Under the pieces are notes generated by a model. It did not search any database. It was not told the DNA's origin and worked only from the letters and a program-made list of their open reading frames with translations. Below, piece by piece: positions 1 to 10,336 of a stretch of DNA of 64,000 bases. Each line of letters opens with the position of its first letter. Position 1 is the stretch's first letter. The stretch comes from Lingula anatina (lineage: Eukaryota; Animalia; Brachiopoda), in contig CM120644.1 of assembly GCA_051362555.1 (NCBI GenBank), positions 21,536,534-21,600,533 on the forward strand, read 5' to 3'. A program made the position numbers and the translations under genes.

Positions 1-59
1 GCCGCTGTCGTAAGATAAAAAAGGCACCTATTAGGAGCTGAGAATGTACCGATAGTTAC

Positions 60-159
60 CTGCTTTGTCGCCTTGCTTTGTTTAAGACGGAATAACGCGT
101 TCAGACATTTGGACGGCTGGGATAATCTTCTCACTTCTTTATGAGCAAATACTTTCCTT
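60..159 (-). other. Candidate internal exon of an unidentified gene
   Basis: On the minus strand, a polypyrimidine acceptor (gctttttccag) and a donor (CAG|gtaact) bracket 100 nt with one open frame: RKVFAHKEVRRLSQPSKCLNALFRLKQSKATKQ. I recognise no homology, so this could be chance. Confidence 0.25.
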
Positions 160-767
160 CTGGAAAAAGCAACATACAAAGTTATTTAACTTTTCAAGCT
201 CATTTCGGCATTCCTGTCAATGAAATATACCCAAGAACAATTACCCCAGAAGTGGGAAATGCAAACTTTTTGATAAAATATCGTCAACATAAAGCGATCA
301 GTGTTGCCTTATATCATCTATACAGTACTTACAACAAACTACATCAGTTCTCAGTGCCAGAATTTCAGTCTACGTGTGGAAATTGTGACAATGTGGCATA
401 TGAGACTTCTTCCTCTTCCTTCTGACCTTGGTCTTATCTGAATACCTCTCACCAAAATGCTCACCTGGTTACATAACAGTATTACTGTCGTGGGATTGTG
501 TTAGAGAAGACACATTGCTGTTTTCCTTAAATCTAAAACGCTACCATCAGGTTATTATACAAACAAGCCATTTTGTTTTGCCCATAGACTTTCATCCCAA
601 ATGAATGAGGTTATTGTTATTATTATCATTCCCAATTAAAACATGAATTAGACTGTTTTAAGACTAGAAGAACTACAAGACACAAAACTATAGACATAAA
701 ATTTTTGCACTCTGAACATGACCAAACGCTTACCAAATCAACAGAGTGCCTAGGAGGCAGAATATTA

Positions 768-1032
768 GGCACCATTCAGAATATATGATCCCAGTACTAA
801 CTGATCCGCCGACTAAATATGGCCGACCCCACTTCAAAAGATCTAGAGATGGCGTTGATTCCTAATGATCTCCCCGCCTCCACAAGCGCCATAAAATGGA
901 TCAAATCTCGGCTCCGACGCGTGTGGAGGCGGGGAGACCATTGAGAATCAGCGGCACATCTTTTGAAGTGTGGTCGGCCATATTTAGTCGGCGGATCAGT
1001 TAGTACTCGGATCATCTGTTTTGAATGGGGCC
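768..1032. mobile_element. Fold-back MITE (non-autonomous DNA transposon, 265 bp)
   Basis: The left arm GGCACCATTCAGAATATATGATCCCAGTACTAACTGATCCGCCGACTAAATATGGCCGACCCCACTTCAAAAGAT matches the reverse complement of the right arm, which ends ...TTGAATGGGGCC, with few mismatches. An inner pair TCTCCCCGCCTCCACA / TGTGGAGGCGGGGAGA extends the symmetry. It is flanked by TA on both sides (766-767 and 1033-1034; context TTA...TAA) and is GC-rich relative to its flanks. Confidence 0.85.
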
Positions 1033-1629
1033 TAAGTGAGGAGTGAGGGTAACCACTGAGAAAATAACAATAACGAAGGGGGGGTCGACAAAAAATTACG
1101 CGCATGAAGCTGTGCATTAATTGACTGGTGTCTCGGCCCTCGGATATAAACCGCGCAGCAAAGACGTTCTTGTTTGTCTGAATTTCAATATGTCACCAGT
1201 AAGGATAAATGTGTATCAATCTGTATGAATGTAAAGTATTATGCACAAACGCGAAAACGACTATGAATTTTTGTTTTCATCATTCATTACATCCAGATAT
1301 TTTTCTTTGTGAATACATTTTAATCAATTACAGGTTCTTAGCTCAGACGTTCTTAGCTCCTCAAGTTCACCTTTGCCAGTTTTGTTAATTGCCGCTGCTA
1401 ACGCGTTCCTTGAAAGTGTTAACTTTTAGGTGACTTCCGTTTTAATCAAAATCTCCAAATATCTTTTCAATTCAGAGCTTAATGATTTTAGATTATATTT
1501 GCTTTGCATTTATACCTCTCTATATAAGGAGCTCTTCCAGTTTTTCCTCCAAATTTGTGGTTTGATATTTTGAAATGAAACCCCAAAATTTAAAGTTGTT
1601 TTGCTAAAACTGAAGTAGAAGCAGTCTAC

Positions 1630-2700
1630 AATCGTCTGTATTGGTAGATCTTAGTTATTTAATTTATATGTAAAATATGGCTATGGTTTATTGTCAGATC
1701 AGTTTAACTTCTAGGTTCAAGTCAGAAGATCATATATTTATGCTGATTTCTCTTAAAAAACGAGCTAAAAATAGGTATGCCACCTGCCAAAATTAGTTCT
1801 TGAACAAAGAAGCCATGGTAGATCGTAATTCATTATTTAAGTTACATGTAAAATATGGCCATAATTTATTGTCAGATCAGTTTTGCTTCCAGGTTAAAGT
1901 CAGCAGATCATATATTATTGGTCATTTCTATTAAACTAGACAGAAAAGCTGGCAAATATACAGACACCATACAGGAAACAAAGCAGCAAAGCTGACAAAC
2001 GTTCAGACACTACACAGAAAAAAGTGCACCAAATAGTTTTGGCCAACTTTGATGCACTGTTACATAATGTTTAAAGTAACATAATCACTCTTACTCTCTT
2101 ACATTATTTACTACAGGTAACATGAACACTGAAAAACTACCAAGTGATTCAGTTCCATGGGATATAAAAGCCACTGAAAATGCTAATATGTGAAAAATAA
2201 AAAAAAATTCACACAAAAAATAATAATTACCATAAATGTAAACAGATCATGGCTATTTTCAAAGTAACCTGGCTCTTTACCAAACAAAGCTACTCAGTAC
2301 ATCTGGAGTAAAACAAAAATACAGTTTGGCAGTTATGGGGCAAACATCACCAAAATTGTGAAAAAAAAATTACTATAAATGTAAACCGACCATGCCAATT
2401 TTCAAAAGCAACCTGCCTCTTTACCAAAAAAGCCACTCAGTAAATTAAAAGTAAAACAAAAATAGTTTGAAAGTTATGGGGCGAACTTCACATGTCAGAC
2501 AGCAAAAGCAATGGCACAGACAAACAGACCAATCAGAATATATACAGTGTCTGTATATAAAAATGACCTGCAAAAATAGATAGACAATGCCACCTGCCAA
2601 AATTAGCCCTTGACTACACCTTACTAATGTATGAATCGTCTGTCATAGTAGATCTTAGGTATTAAATTTATATGTAAAATATGCTTATGACGTGTCAGAT
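1630..2700. repeat. Degenerate ~175-200 bp tandem repeat (about 2.5 copies) interrupted by an insertion
   Basis: The motif GTAGATC...TAAAATATG...TGTCAGAT recurs at 1644, 1818 and 2648. ATGCCACCTGCCAAAATTAG recurs at ~1777 and ~2587. Copy 2 is split by the 1934-2563 element. Confidence 0.75.
1934..2563 (-). mobile_element. Helentron-associated non-autonomous element (HINE / DINE-1-like)
   Basis: It has 12-bp sub-terminal inverted repeats ATATACAGACAC (1956-1967) / GTGTCTGTATAT (2547-2558) and a terminal hairpin TATATACAG-tgt-CTGTATATA (2539-2559) next to an A-run. A decayed (CAGA)n-like tract lies at ~2506-2530, and two ~143-bp internal tandem repeats are present (TAAATGTAAAC at 2233 and 2376). 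It is inserted in an A/T run, with CTAG at the other end. Confidence 0.75.
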
Positions 2701-3420
2701 GACAATTACTGCTATGTTTATCAGGTACTTAATTGTTACTACAATGTTAAACAAACAAAGAACATTCCAAGATTGAAAAAATGGTTGATTTACAAAGATT
2801 TATTGTGAAACAAATTTTCCTTTGCTCAGTACAAAAACAATGTCTATTCATTAGAATTACATGTAGTTGGAATGAACAATATATGCAATTTACAGTTAAA
2901 CTGAACACAAGCAATCATAGGGAACAAACAGATAACATCCAATTAATATCAAACAAATTTGAAAACCTACTGATACAAACTGCCTTTCCCACCTGCTAGT
3001 GTAAATGAAGTAAGATCAAAGGAAATGTTTCAGTCCTTTGATACTAGTGGTTTGTTATATTCAGTCTCTGTTTATGCTGTCCTTGGTACAGTGATCAGTC
3101 TCAAAAGATTTCCAAACAGCAGTGGTTTATAGTTTATATCCAACACCTCAAACATATTGTCCATAATATCTTTTGCACTGGCATGATTAATAAAGAGTAT
3201 TCAAATCCATTCCATAAATAAATTTCTTGTGACATTTACACTTCATCAAGGTCATAAATATACAGAAACGCATATGCTGAATTGGATATATTTGCAGTAA
3301 TTGTATCAATTATAGTATATGATAGGCCTCTTGTTGAGCAGATACATGTATAAAGTAGATACTGGAACCATGTTGCAAATGGCTGAATGCACATATTACT
3401 GTTCAGAAGACATATCTTAC

Positions 3421-3584
3421 AAAGTTCGACTTTAACACTGATCCAAACTGTCTGCCACCCAGCCTTATGAAAGTTATTTCTTCAGAACTTTCGTTCCACT
3501 TTCTAATTGAAATACATTCTTTCCTTTCTTTGCCTCATACTATCTCTTGTACTTGGCTTGAGACTTCTCAACTTTCTTCATGTA
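3421..3584 (-). pseudogene. Probable C-terminal exon of the Ginger-like transposase
   Basis: Begins tattttcag|TAC and reads YMKKVEKSQAKYKR*YEAKKGKNVFQLESGTKVLKK. This resembles the post-core 'I..AQ.KQK..YD...F.VG..VL' segment of Gypsy-type integrases. It contains stops, and there is a candidate donor TTT|gtaag at 3420. Confidence 0.6.
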
Positions 3585-3967
3585 CTGAAAATACATAGTT
3601 TATAGAAATTGTATTAAATAGGTTATGTTTCAGTATAAATGGAAGAAGCAAAGTTCAAGTTTTTGCCATATAAACTTATACTGTGCACAAAGCCAGCAGG
3701 ATAAATGAAGCTAGAAATTACCCAGAAATTACAATACTGCACCTGTTGCCATCACTATTCTGTTGACACATTTTTACAAATTTTTATAAATGTTGCAATA
3801 TTTTTATGAACAGATTATGTGTGACATCTTTTTTTTTATAAAACTTGTGTGAAACGAAATATTGCTCAATGTAAGGGGCTACTTTTTAATCTTGCATGGA
3901 CCAAAAAAAAAAAATTAAGAAATAGCATATTCAGAGGAAGTTGAACATGTAAGTCCCACATGCATAC

Positions 3968-4066
3968 CTTAGTGTGTAACGCAGTAAGTTGCTGGTGTTG
4001 GAATTCCACCTGCACATTACAGTCTTCTTTGCTGGGCATTGTCACTTCTTTCTCTATGTACCTCAA
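3968..4066 (-). pseudogene. Probable linker exon of the Ginger-like transposase
   Basis: Bounded by gattttgcag|TTG ... AAG|gtatgc. It is 99 nt, phase 0/0, and open: LRYIEKEVTMPSKEDCNVQVEFQHQQLTALHTK. Confidence 0.6.
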
Positions 4067-4579
4067 CTGCAAAATCAGAAATTAATGATCAAAAACAAAC
4101 AAAATCAATTATGTTTATTAATTAATCCACATCTTTTAAGAGGCGCCAATACACTCATTATTGTTTTGATGAAATATAAGAATTTCATTTGTACATAATA
4201 TGCCAGCAATGCAATGGTAGACAAGGTCATCATCCCTATGATAATAAAAGCAAAGATGCATTTTATATTTAAGGGGGCTTGGGCTGTTTTTTATGCCAAA
4301 ATATAACCAATCCTTAAGGTCTGGCTAGAATATACACCTAAAAATACCATTGCATTTTTCTGAGTATAAAATATTTGGAGTATTACCCTTATAAACCCCA
4401 ATATTCCCGAAGTAATTACTTTTGGGTCTGCTGTCTTAATATGCCTTGTCATCATTCCATGATTTGAACATAGCTCTGGCCCCAGTCTGCTCAAATGATG
4501 TTTTGGAACAAATATAGGACATCAACAAGCTCACAAGGACATTGTTCTTGCATAATGCATCTGTATGCATACTATTTAC

Positions 4580-4838
4580 CTCACAAGGCAGCCGAGCCTC
4601 TCCCTGCTGAACATCAGGAAAAAAGAACAGTATCCAGTGGCGCAGTGAGGTGTTGTACGATAGGCAAAGGTCACTGTTCCAGATATCTTTTCCAGTCATT
4701 CTGCCTCTCATTAGTGACTTTTGACAGTGATGCCTTGAGTGTTTTGTTATACCACTTATCTAAGCCATATGTCTGTGGCTGGTGTGCAGCTGTAGTCTTG
4801 TGTTTGATTCCCCACTCTTTCAAAAGGTCATCTAGCAG
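4580..4838 (-). pseudogene. Integrase core exon (catalytic Glu region, decayed)
   Basis: Bounded by tttctgtag|CTG ... GAG|gtaaat. It reads LLDDLLKEWGIKHKTTAAHQPQTYGLDKWYNKTLKASLSKVTNERQNDWKRYLE, then frameshifts to VTFAYRTTPHCATGYCSFFLMFSRE, then frameshifts again to ARLPCE. Confidence 0.88.
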
Positions 4839-5373
4839 CTACAGAAATAAAATATTTGATATTAAAATGGGTAAATATATATATTGGCAATTCAATTTTT
4901 GCACTGGGAGACGTTCTTCCAAATATTTGCTTCTATTGATGCAAAGAGTAAGACTTTTCATGGATAATCACTGCCCTCCTTGAAAGTTGTTCAGTCCACT
5001 CCATGGTTATAGGGATATAAAAAATTCCAAAGAATTGCCCATGTATGAAAATTACATTTAAAAACATAATCTTACTTAGTCATTTTCAACTGTATTAAAC
5101 AGTTTACATTGATAATAAAAATGGTTATAATTGAGCAGAGTAGGCTTCCAATATTACACATGCTCTAAACTGATTAGTACAGAAATAGATATCACTGGTA
5201 ATCAGTTACACATTCACAGGCATGCCAACAAAATTGAATCCAATATTCACCATAAAACCTTTATCATATTTGGCATAACATAAAGGGGTGGTGGTTGTAT
5301 CCTTTCCATTTTCCAATTTATGCCAAAGACTTAATAATTCTTAATTCATATTACAAACTTTAAAGACATTTAC

Positions 5374-5428
5374 CTCATTACAAAATTCTGACCCCTGGTC
5401 AGTCAGAAGTTTTTTTTGGGCACCCATT
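5374..5428 (-). pseudogene. Integrase core exon (second catalytic Asp)
   Basis: Bounded by ttttcctcag|A ATG ... GAG|gtaaat. The 55 nt complete the split Arg codon and read MGAQKKLLTDQGSEFCNE. Confidence 0.88.
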
Positions 5429-5895
5429 CTGAGGAAAAAAGAAAACATCACTTTAACTCTACCACATAAATATAGGTTAAACAACAAACATTTTTGAATG
5501 AAGCATATATTTGTCTAGAGACAGGTGTGGCAGGTATTTAACTAATTTCTTTATTACCATCTTTACTACCTTCCACAGATTTCCAGTCCATGAGACAAAT
5601 ATGTGATTCATACAAAAAATATTTCCAACCTATTTAATGTTTTCACACATTTTCTTCAACCTAAAAATATAGCATATGCACAGAGCTATTCATTTTCAAA
5701 AAGGCATGTGTTATTTAGGATGGAGTAAACAGACACTTGTCACTTGCAAGAATGTCAATGGCATAGTGACACAAATTACTTTTAAATACATAGTCTTTCA
5801 ACTGAATTATATTTGACTTACAACCATAAATGTATAATTTTTTTCATGATTTCACAATGAATCCTCCAGATTACATTTTGGTGGAATGCACATAC

Positions 5896-6047
5896 CTGTA
5901 AAATATAGAGGAAAGGACCTTGGCCACACTTGCTGCATCCTTAGAAGGAATTAGGTATGTCTCCATCCACTTGGTGTAGTAGTCTGACAGAGTGAGGATG
6001 TATCTATTGCCATTCTCTGATAACAACACAGGGCCTATCAGGTCAAT
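5896..6047 (-). pseudogene. Integrase core exon remnant (first catalytic Asp)
   Basis: Translates as IDLIGPVLLSENGNRYILTLSDYYTKWMETYLIPSKDAASVAKVLSSIFY and ends TAC AG|gtatgt (phase 2). Upstream it runs straight into satellite sequence at ~6050. Confidence 0.9.
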
Positions 6048-8552
6048 TAAGCTTAACAACATTAATAATTTAATAACTTTAATAATCTGAGGTAAGCTGA
6101 TCAGTTGAATTTGTCTAATGAAAAGTGTTTTTTGGGGACAATATATTTGAGAAAACTGAAAATTACATTAAAAAGGCTGGCAAATCGAATTGCTTAATCT
6201 TGTCAGATATTTCTGAAATTTGTACAAATAATGCTTAGCAACAGCAAAAATCTGTAATGAGCTGGTCACTTGTCTGTGTCTAATGAAAAGTATTTTCTTT
6301 GGATGATATATTTGAGAAATCTAATAATTATATAAAGATTATTTTTTCATTCACAAATGGCTATAGGCAACATAATACTAACTAGAGAAATGGTAATGCA
6401 CTAATTGTATTGTATCGTCATAGTATATCAAATTGTACAAGGTCATGACAATCTATGTACCAGTACAGAAATGAATTGAATTGAATAATTACACTGTGAC
6501 TTAATATAGTTAAACATTAACAATTTTGTCAAATCTAGTCCAATATTCCTAAAATTTGTACAAATGATGCTTAACAACAATAAAAATCAGTGATAAGCTG
6601 ATCAGTTGTCTGTATTGAATGAAAAGTGTTTTTTAGGACAATATATTTGCAAAAACCAAAAATTACATTGAAAAGACTGGGAATTTGCAGGTCTTAAAAT
6701 AGTTAAACGTTAATAATTTTGTCAAATCTTGTGGAATATTTCTGAAATTTGTACAAATGATGATTAACAATAATAAAAATCTGTGATAAGCTGATCAGTT
6801 ATCTGAGTCTTTTTTTTAAGTGTCAAGTGTATGGGAAATTGATCATCAGAAGAGTGAGAATTAACCAAAACAAATATTTCAATATTGCAATGTATTATTT
6901 ACTCTGAAAGTAAACAGCAAATGTGATGATTTGAGGTTGTTTGTGTAAGAGGTTGCAAATTACCTATAACTGTCATCTGGAAAACAATACATATACCCAT
7001 ACAAGAGTTCTCCTTACTACCTCTGCAAGATGCAGATTACTCCTTTCTGGAAGGGGTTGTTGTTATCACAATACTCAACAAGGCCCTAAATCTTGCCAAA
7101 TATCATGTATTGTACACATGGAGAAGACAGTGCTGCTCTTGGTGGTATCTTTCACTGCCTGCTTTTTCAGATTTTTCATGGTGAGGGTACTCTGAAAGAA
7201 GAACAATATAACTGAAAGGACTGAAAATTATTTTTGAAAAGAAAGACAAATTCAGTGACTTAATTAAAATAGTTAAACGTTAATAATTTTGTCAAATCAA
7301 GTCCAATATTTCTGATATTTGAACAAATGATGCTTAACAACAATAAAAATCTGTGATAAGCTGATGAGTTGTCTGTCTCTAATGAAAAGTGTTTTTTTGG
7401 GAGAACATATTTGGGAAAACTGAAAATTACATTGAAAAGACTGGCAAATCCCAGGCCTTAAAATAGTTAAACATTAATAATTTTGTCAAATCTTGTCCAA
7501 TATTTCTGAAATTTGTACAAATGATTTTTAACAACAATAAAAATCTATGATAAGCTGATCAGTTGACTGTGTCTAATGAAAAGTGTTTTTTGGAACAATA
7601 AATTTGGGAGAACTGAAAATTACATTGAAAAGACTGGGAAATCGTGGGACTTCAAATAGTTAAACGTTAATAATTTTGTAAAATCTTGTCCAATATGTCT
7701 GAAATTTGTACAAATGATGTTTAACAACAATAAAAATTTGTGATAAGCTGATCAGTTGACTGTGTCTAATGAAAAGTGTTTTTTGGAATAATAAATTTGG
7801 GAGAACTGAAAATTACACTGAAAAGACTGGGAAATCGCGGGACTTAAAATAGTTAAACGTTAATAATTTTGTTAAATCTTGTGGAATATTTCTGAAATTT
7901 GTACAAATGATGCTTAACAACAATAAAATTCTGTGATAAGCTGATCAGTTGTCTGTGTCTAATGAAAAGTGTTTTTTGGAACAATAAATTTGGGAGAACT
8001 GAAAATTACACTGAAAAGACAGGGAAATCACGGGACTTAAAATAGTTAAACGTTAATAATTTTGTCAAATCTTGTCCAATATTTCTGAAATTTGTACAAA
8101 TGATGCTTAACAACAATAAAAATCGGTGATAAGCTGATCAGTTGACTGTGTCTAATGAAAAGGTTTTTTTTGGAACAATAAATTTGGGAGAACTGAAAAA
8201 TACACTGAAAAGACTGGGAAATCGCAGGACTTCAAATAGTTAAACGTTAATAATTTTGTCAAATCTTGTCCAATATTTCTGAAATTTGTTCAAATGATGC
8301 TTAACAATAATAAAAATCTGTGATAAGCTGATCAGTTATCTGAGTCTTTTTCTTTAAGTGTCAAGTGTATGGGAAATTGATCATCAGAAGAGTGAGAATT
8401 AACCAAAACAAATATTTCAATATTGCAACGTATTATTTACTCTGAAAGTAAACAGCAAATGTGATGATTTGAGGTTGTTTGTGTAAGAGGTTGCAAATTA
8501 CTTATAACTGTCATCTGGAAAACAATATATACCCATACAAGAGTTCTCCTTA

Positions 8553-9610
8553 TAGTCCAGGAAATTGGTGAAAAATTGTGCATTTTTTACCTACAAGCAT
8601 GAAATTTGGCACACTTATGGACAATAAAATTCTAAGCAAATTTGGATATATGGGCATGTCTGAAAATTCCAAAATGGCCGTCAAATCCAATATGGCCACC
8701 AAAATACCTTTTCAAATTAAAACTTCAAGTACATAGTCTTCTAATGACTTAAAATATCATATAAAGGTTAGAAAACACCATGGTATGAATCCTTCAGGTG
8801 TATTAAATCCAAAATGGCCGCCAAAAGTAAAAAAAGCAGACCATTTATTCAAGATATCCATTTGAATGGGGAATTCATCAAGCACATAAACTACAAGCAT
8901 AAAATTTGGCAGGTTTGTGGAAAATGAAATTCTGAGCAAGTTTGGATGTATGGGCATATCCGAAAATTTAAAAATGGCCTTTAAATCCAAGATGGCCTCC
9001 AAAAATACGGCTTCTGATTAAAACTTCAAGTATATAGTCTTTTAAGGGCGTAAATATCATACAAAGGTTAAAAAACACCACGGTATGAATTCAGAATCAA
9101 TATTTGCTTTTTTAGGTGTATTAAATCCAAAATGGCCGCCAATAGTAAAAAGCACTCTACTAATCCAAGATATCCAGCAGAGTGGTTAATTCATCAAAAA
9201 CTACAAGCATGGCATTTGATACAGTTGTAAAACAGGATTCCAAGCACTTTTGGATGTATGAGCATGTCTAAAAATTTCAATATATGGCCCCCAAATCCAA
9301 TATAGCCGACACAAATACCCGTTCAAATTAAAACTTCAAGTATATATAATCATATAATAACTTAAGATAACATTTTATGGTTAGACAAGACTATGGTATG
9401 CATGAAGTATCAATATTTGATTCTTTAAGTGTATAGAAATCCAAAATGGCCTCCAAAAATAAGAAAAAACAGGCCACTCACAGCAGCAGTATGGTGAATT
9501 CATCATGCACTTAAAACTACAAGCATGAAAATTGGCTCAATTGTACAGAACAGGATTCTAAGCAATTTGTTATATAGGGACATGTCTGAATATTCTAATA
9601 TGGCCACTAA
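8553..9610 (+). repeat. Left long terminal inverted repeat made of ~300-315 bp subrepeats
   Basis: CTACAAGCATG/A at ~8591, 8892, 9201 and 9517, each followed by GGATRTATGGGCAT-like and AAAATGGCC motifs. Confidence 0.85.
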
Positions 9611-10110
9611 AACCCTTTTAAAGTAAAAAAAGACTACTATATAATCTGACTGACAACAGTCTTTACTCTTTTTTGGTTTTTCGCTCCTTTAGTTACATTT
9701 AGACCCAAATGACCATAAAAAATGGAACAGGACTCCTTTTGGTCTAGTTGTGACACCACATGCAGCAATTCTATAAATGTCAAGGATATGAAAATGTCAA
9801 GGTATTTTCACAAATAAGTTTCAAATTAACGAAAGTTATTTTATCAAGTAAGTGTTGCACATTTTATGGGCGGTCAACCTTTTACTTTAGTAAATGGACA
9901 ATATCTCAACAGAGGATAACAGCTAGCTACACCGAAATTTCTACTTATTTGGTTAAATAATTTTCATTCATTAATGTGTGCCTAGCTTTACTAGTAGTTG
10001 TGTTTCCCTCAGCTTTCCCAGTATTTCCTTAAAGCTAAAGCTTCTACATGTAATCCACTTTCCCCAACAAAATACCAACAGGCATTGGTCGTTTTTAACA
10101 CCAGAAAGCA

Positions 10111-10336
10111 TCAGTTTACATGCATGAGGGTCAATAGGAATATGAAAGTGTGGTAGGGCATAGTAGTAGATGTAGGTTACTAGTGTGAACCCTTATAGGA
10201 CCAGTCTTCCAATGCTTCTGACTCAGTTTACATGCATGACGGTCCATAGGAACATGAAAGTGTGGAAGGGCATATTAGTAGATGTAGGTTACTGGTGTGA
10301 ACCCTTATAGCACCAGTCTTCCAATGCTTCTGACTC
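10111..10336. repeat. 112-bp tandem duplication inside the Academ-like element
   Basis: TCAGTTTACATGCATGA...CCAATGCTTCTGAC starts at 10111 and again at 10223, with scattered substitutions. Confidence 0.92.

Larger units (their letters stand above)
3421..6047 (-). pseudogene. Decayed intron-containing Gypsy-type integrase/transposase gene (Ginger-like DNA transposon), 5'-truncated
   Basis: Five exons with GT-AG introns in compatible phase: 5896-6047, 5374-5428, 4580-4838, 3968-4066 and 3421-3584. The spliced product carries rve-family motifs IDLIGP..SENGNRYILTLSDYYTKW, LLTDQGSEFCNE, WGIKHKTTAAHQPQTYGLDKWYNKTLK and FAYRTTPHCATGYCSFFLMFSRE/ARLPCE. Frameshifts and stops are present. Confidence 0.88.

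Noticed and set aside
797-1117. 106-aa ORF
   Set aside because: It runs through the palindromic MITE and is open only because the element is GC-rich.
1100-1205. Possible promoter and first exon (TATAAA at 1145-1150 in a CpG-containing patch, ATG TCA CCA|gtaag)
   Set aside because: No downstream plus-strand exons could be identified, and the motifs alone are too weak.
1329-1445. Possible transposon terminus (TA-CAGGTTCTTAGCTC with a GTTCTTAGCTC direct repeat; TGTTAAC at ~1416 as a Ginger end)
   Set aside because: I found no matching inverted end in the window, so the boundary of the Ginger-like element cannot be fixed.
4495-4983. 162-aa plus-strand ORF (longest in the window)
   Set aside because: It is the antisense shadow of the integrase exon at 4580-4838 and has no recognisable protein features.
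5871-6062. LTR retrotransposon (Gypsy) pol fragment
   Set aside because: The integrase is split by in-phase GT-AG introns and no RT, RNase H or LTR is present, which favours a Ginger-type DNA transposon.
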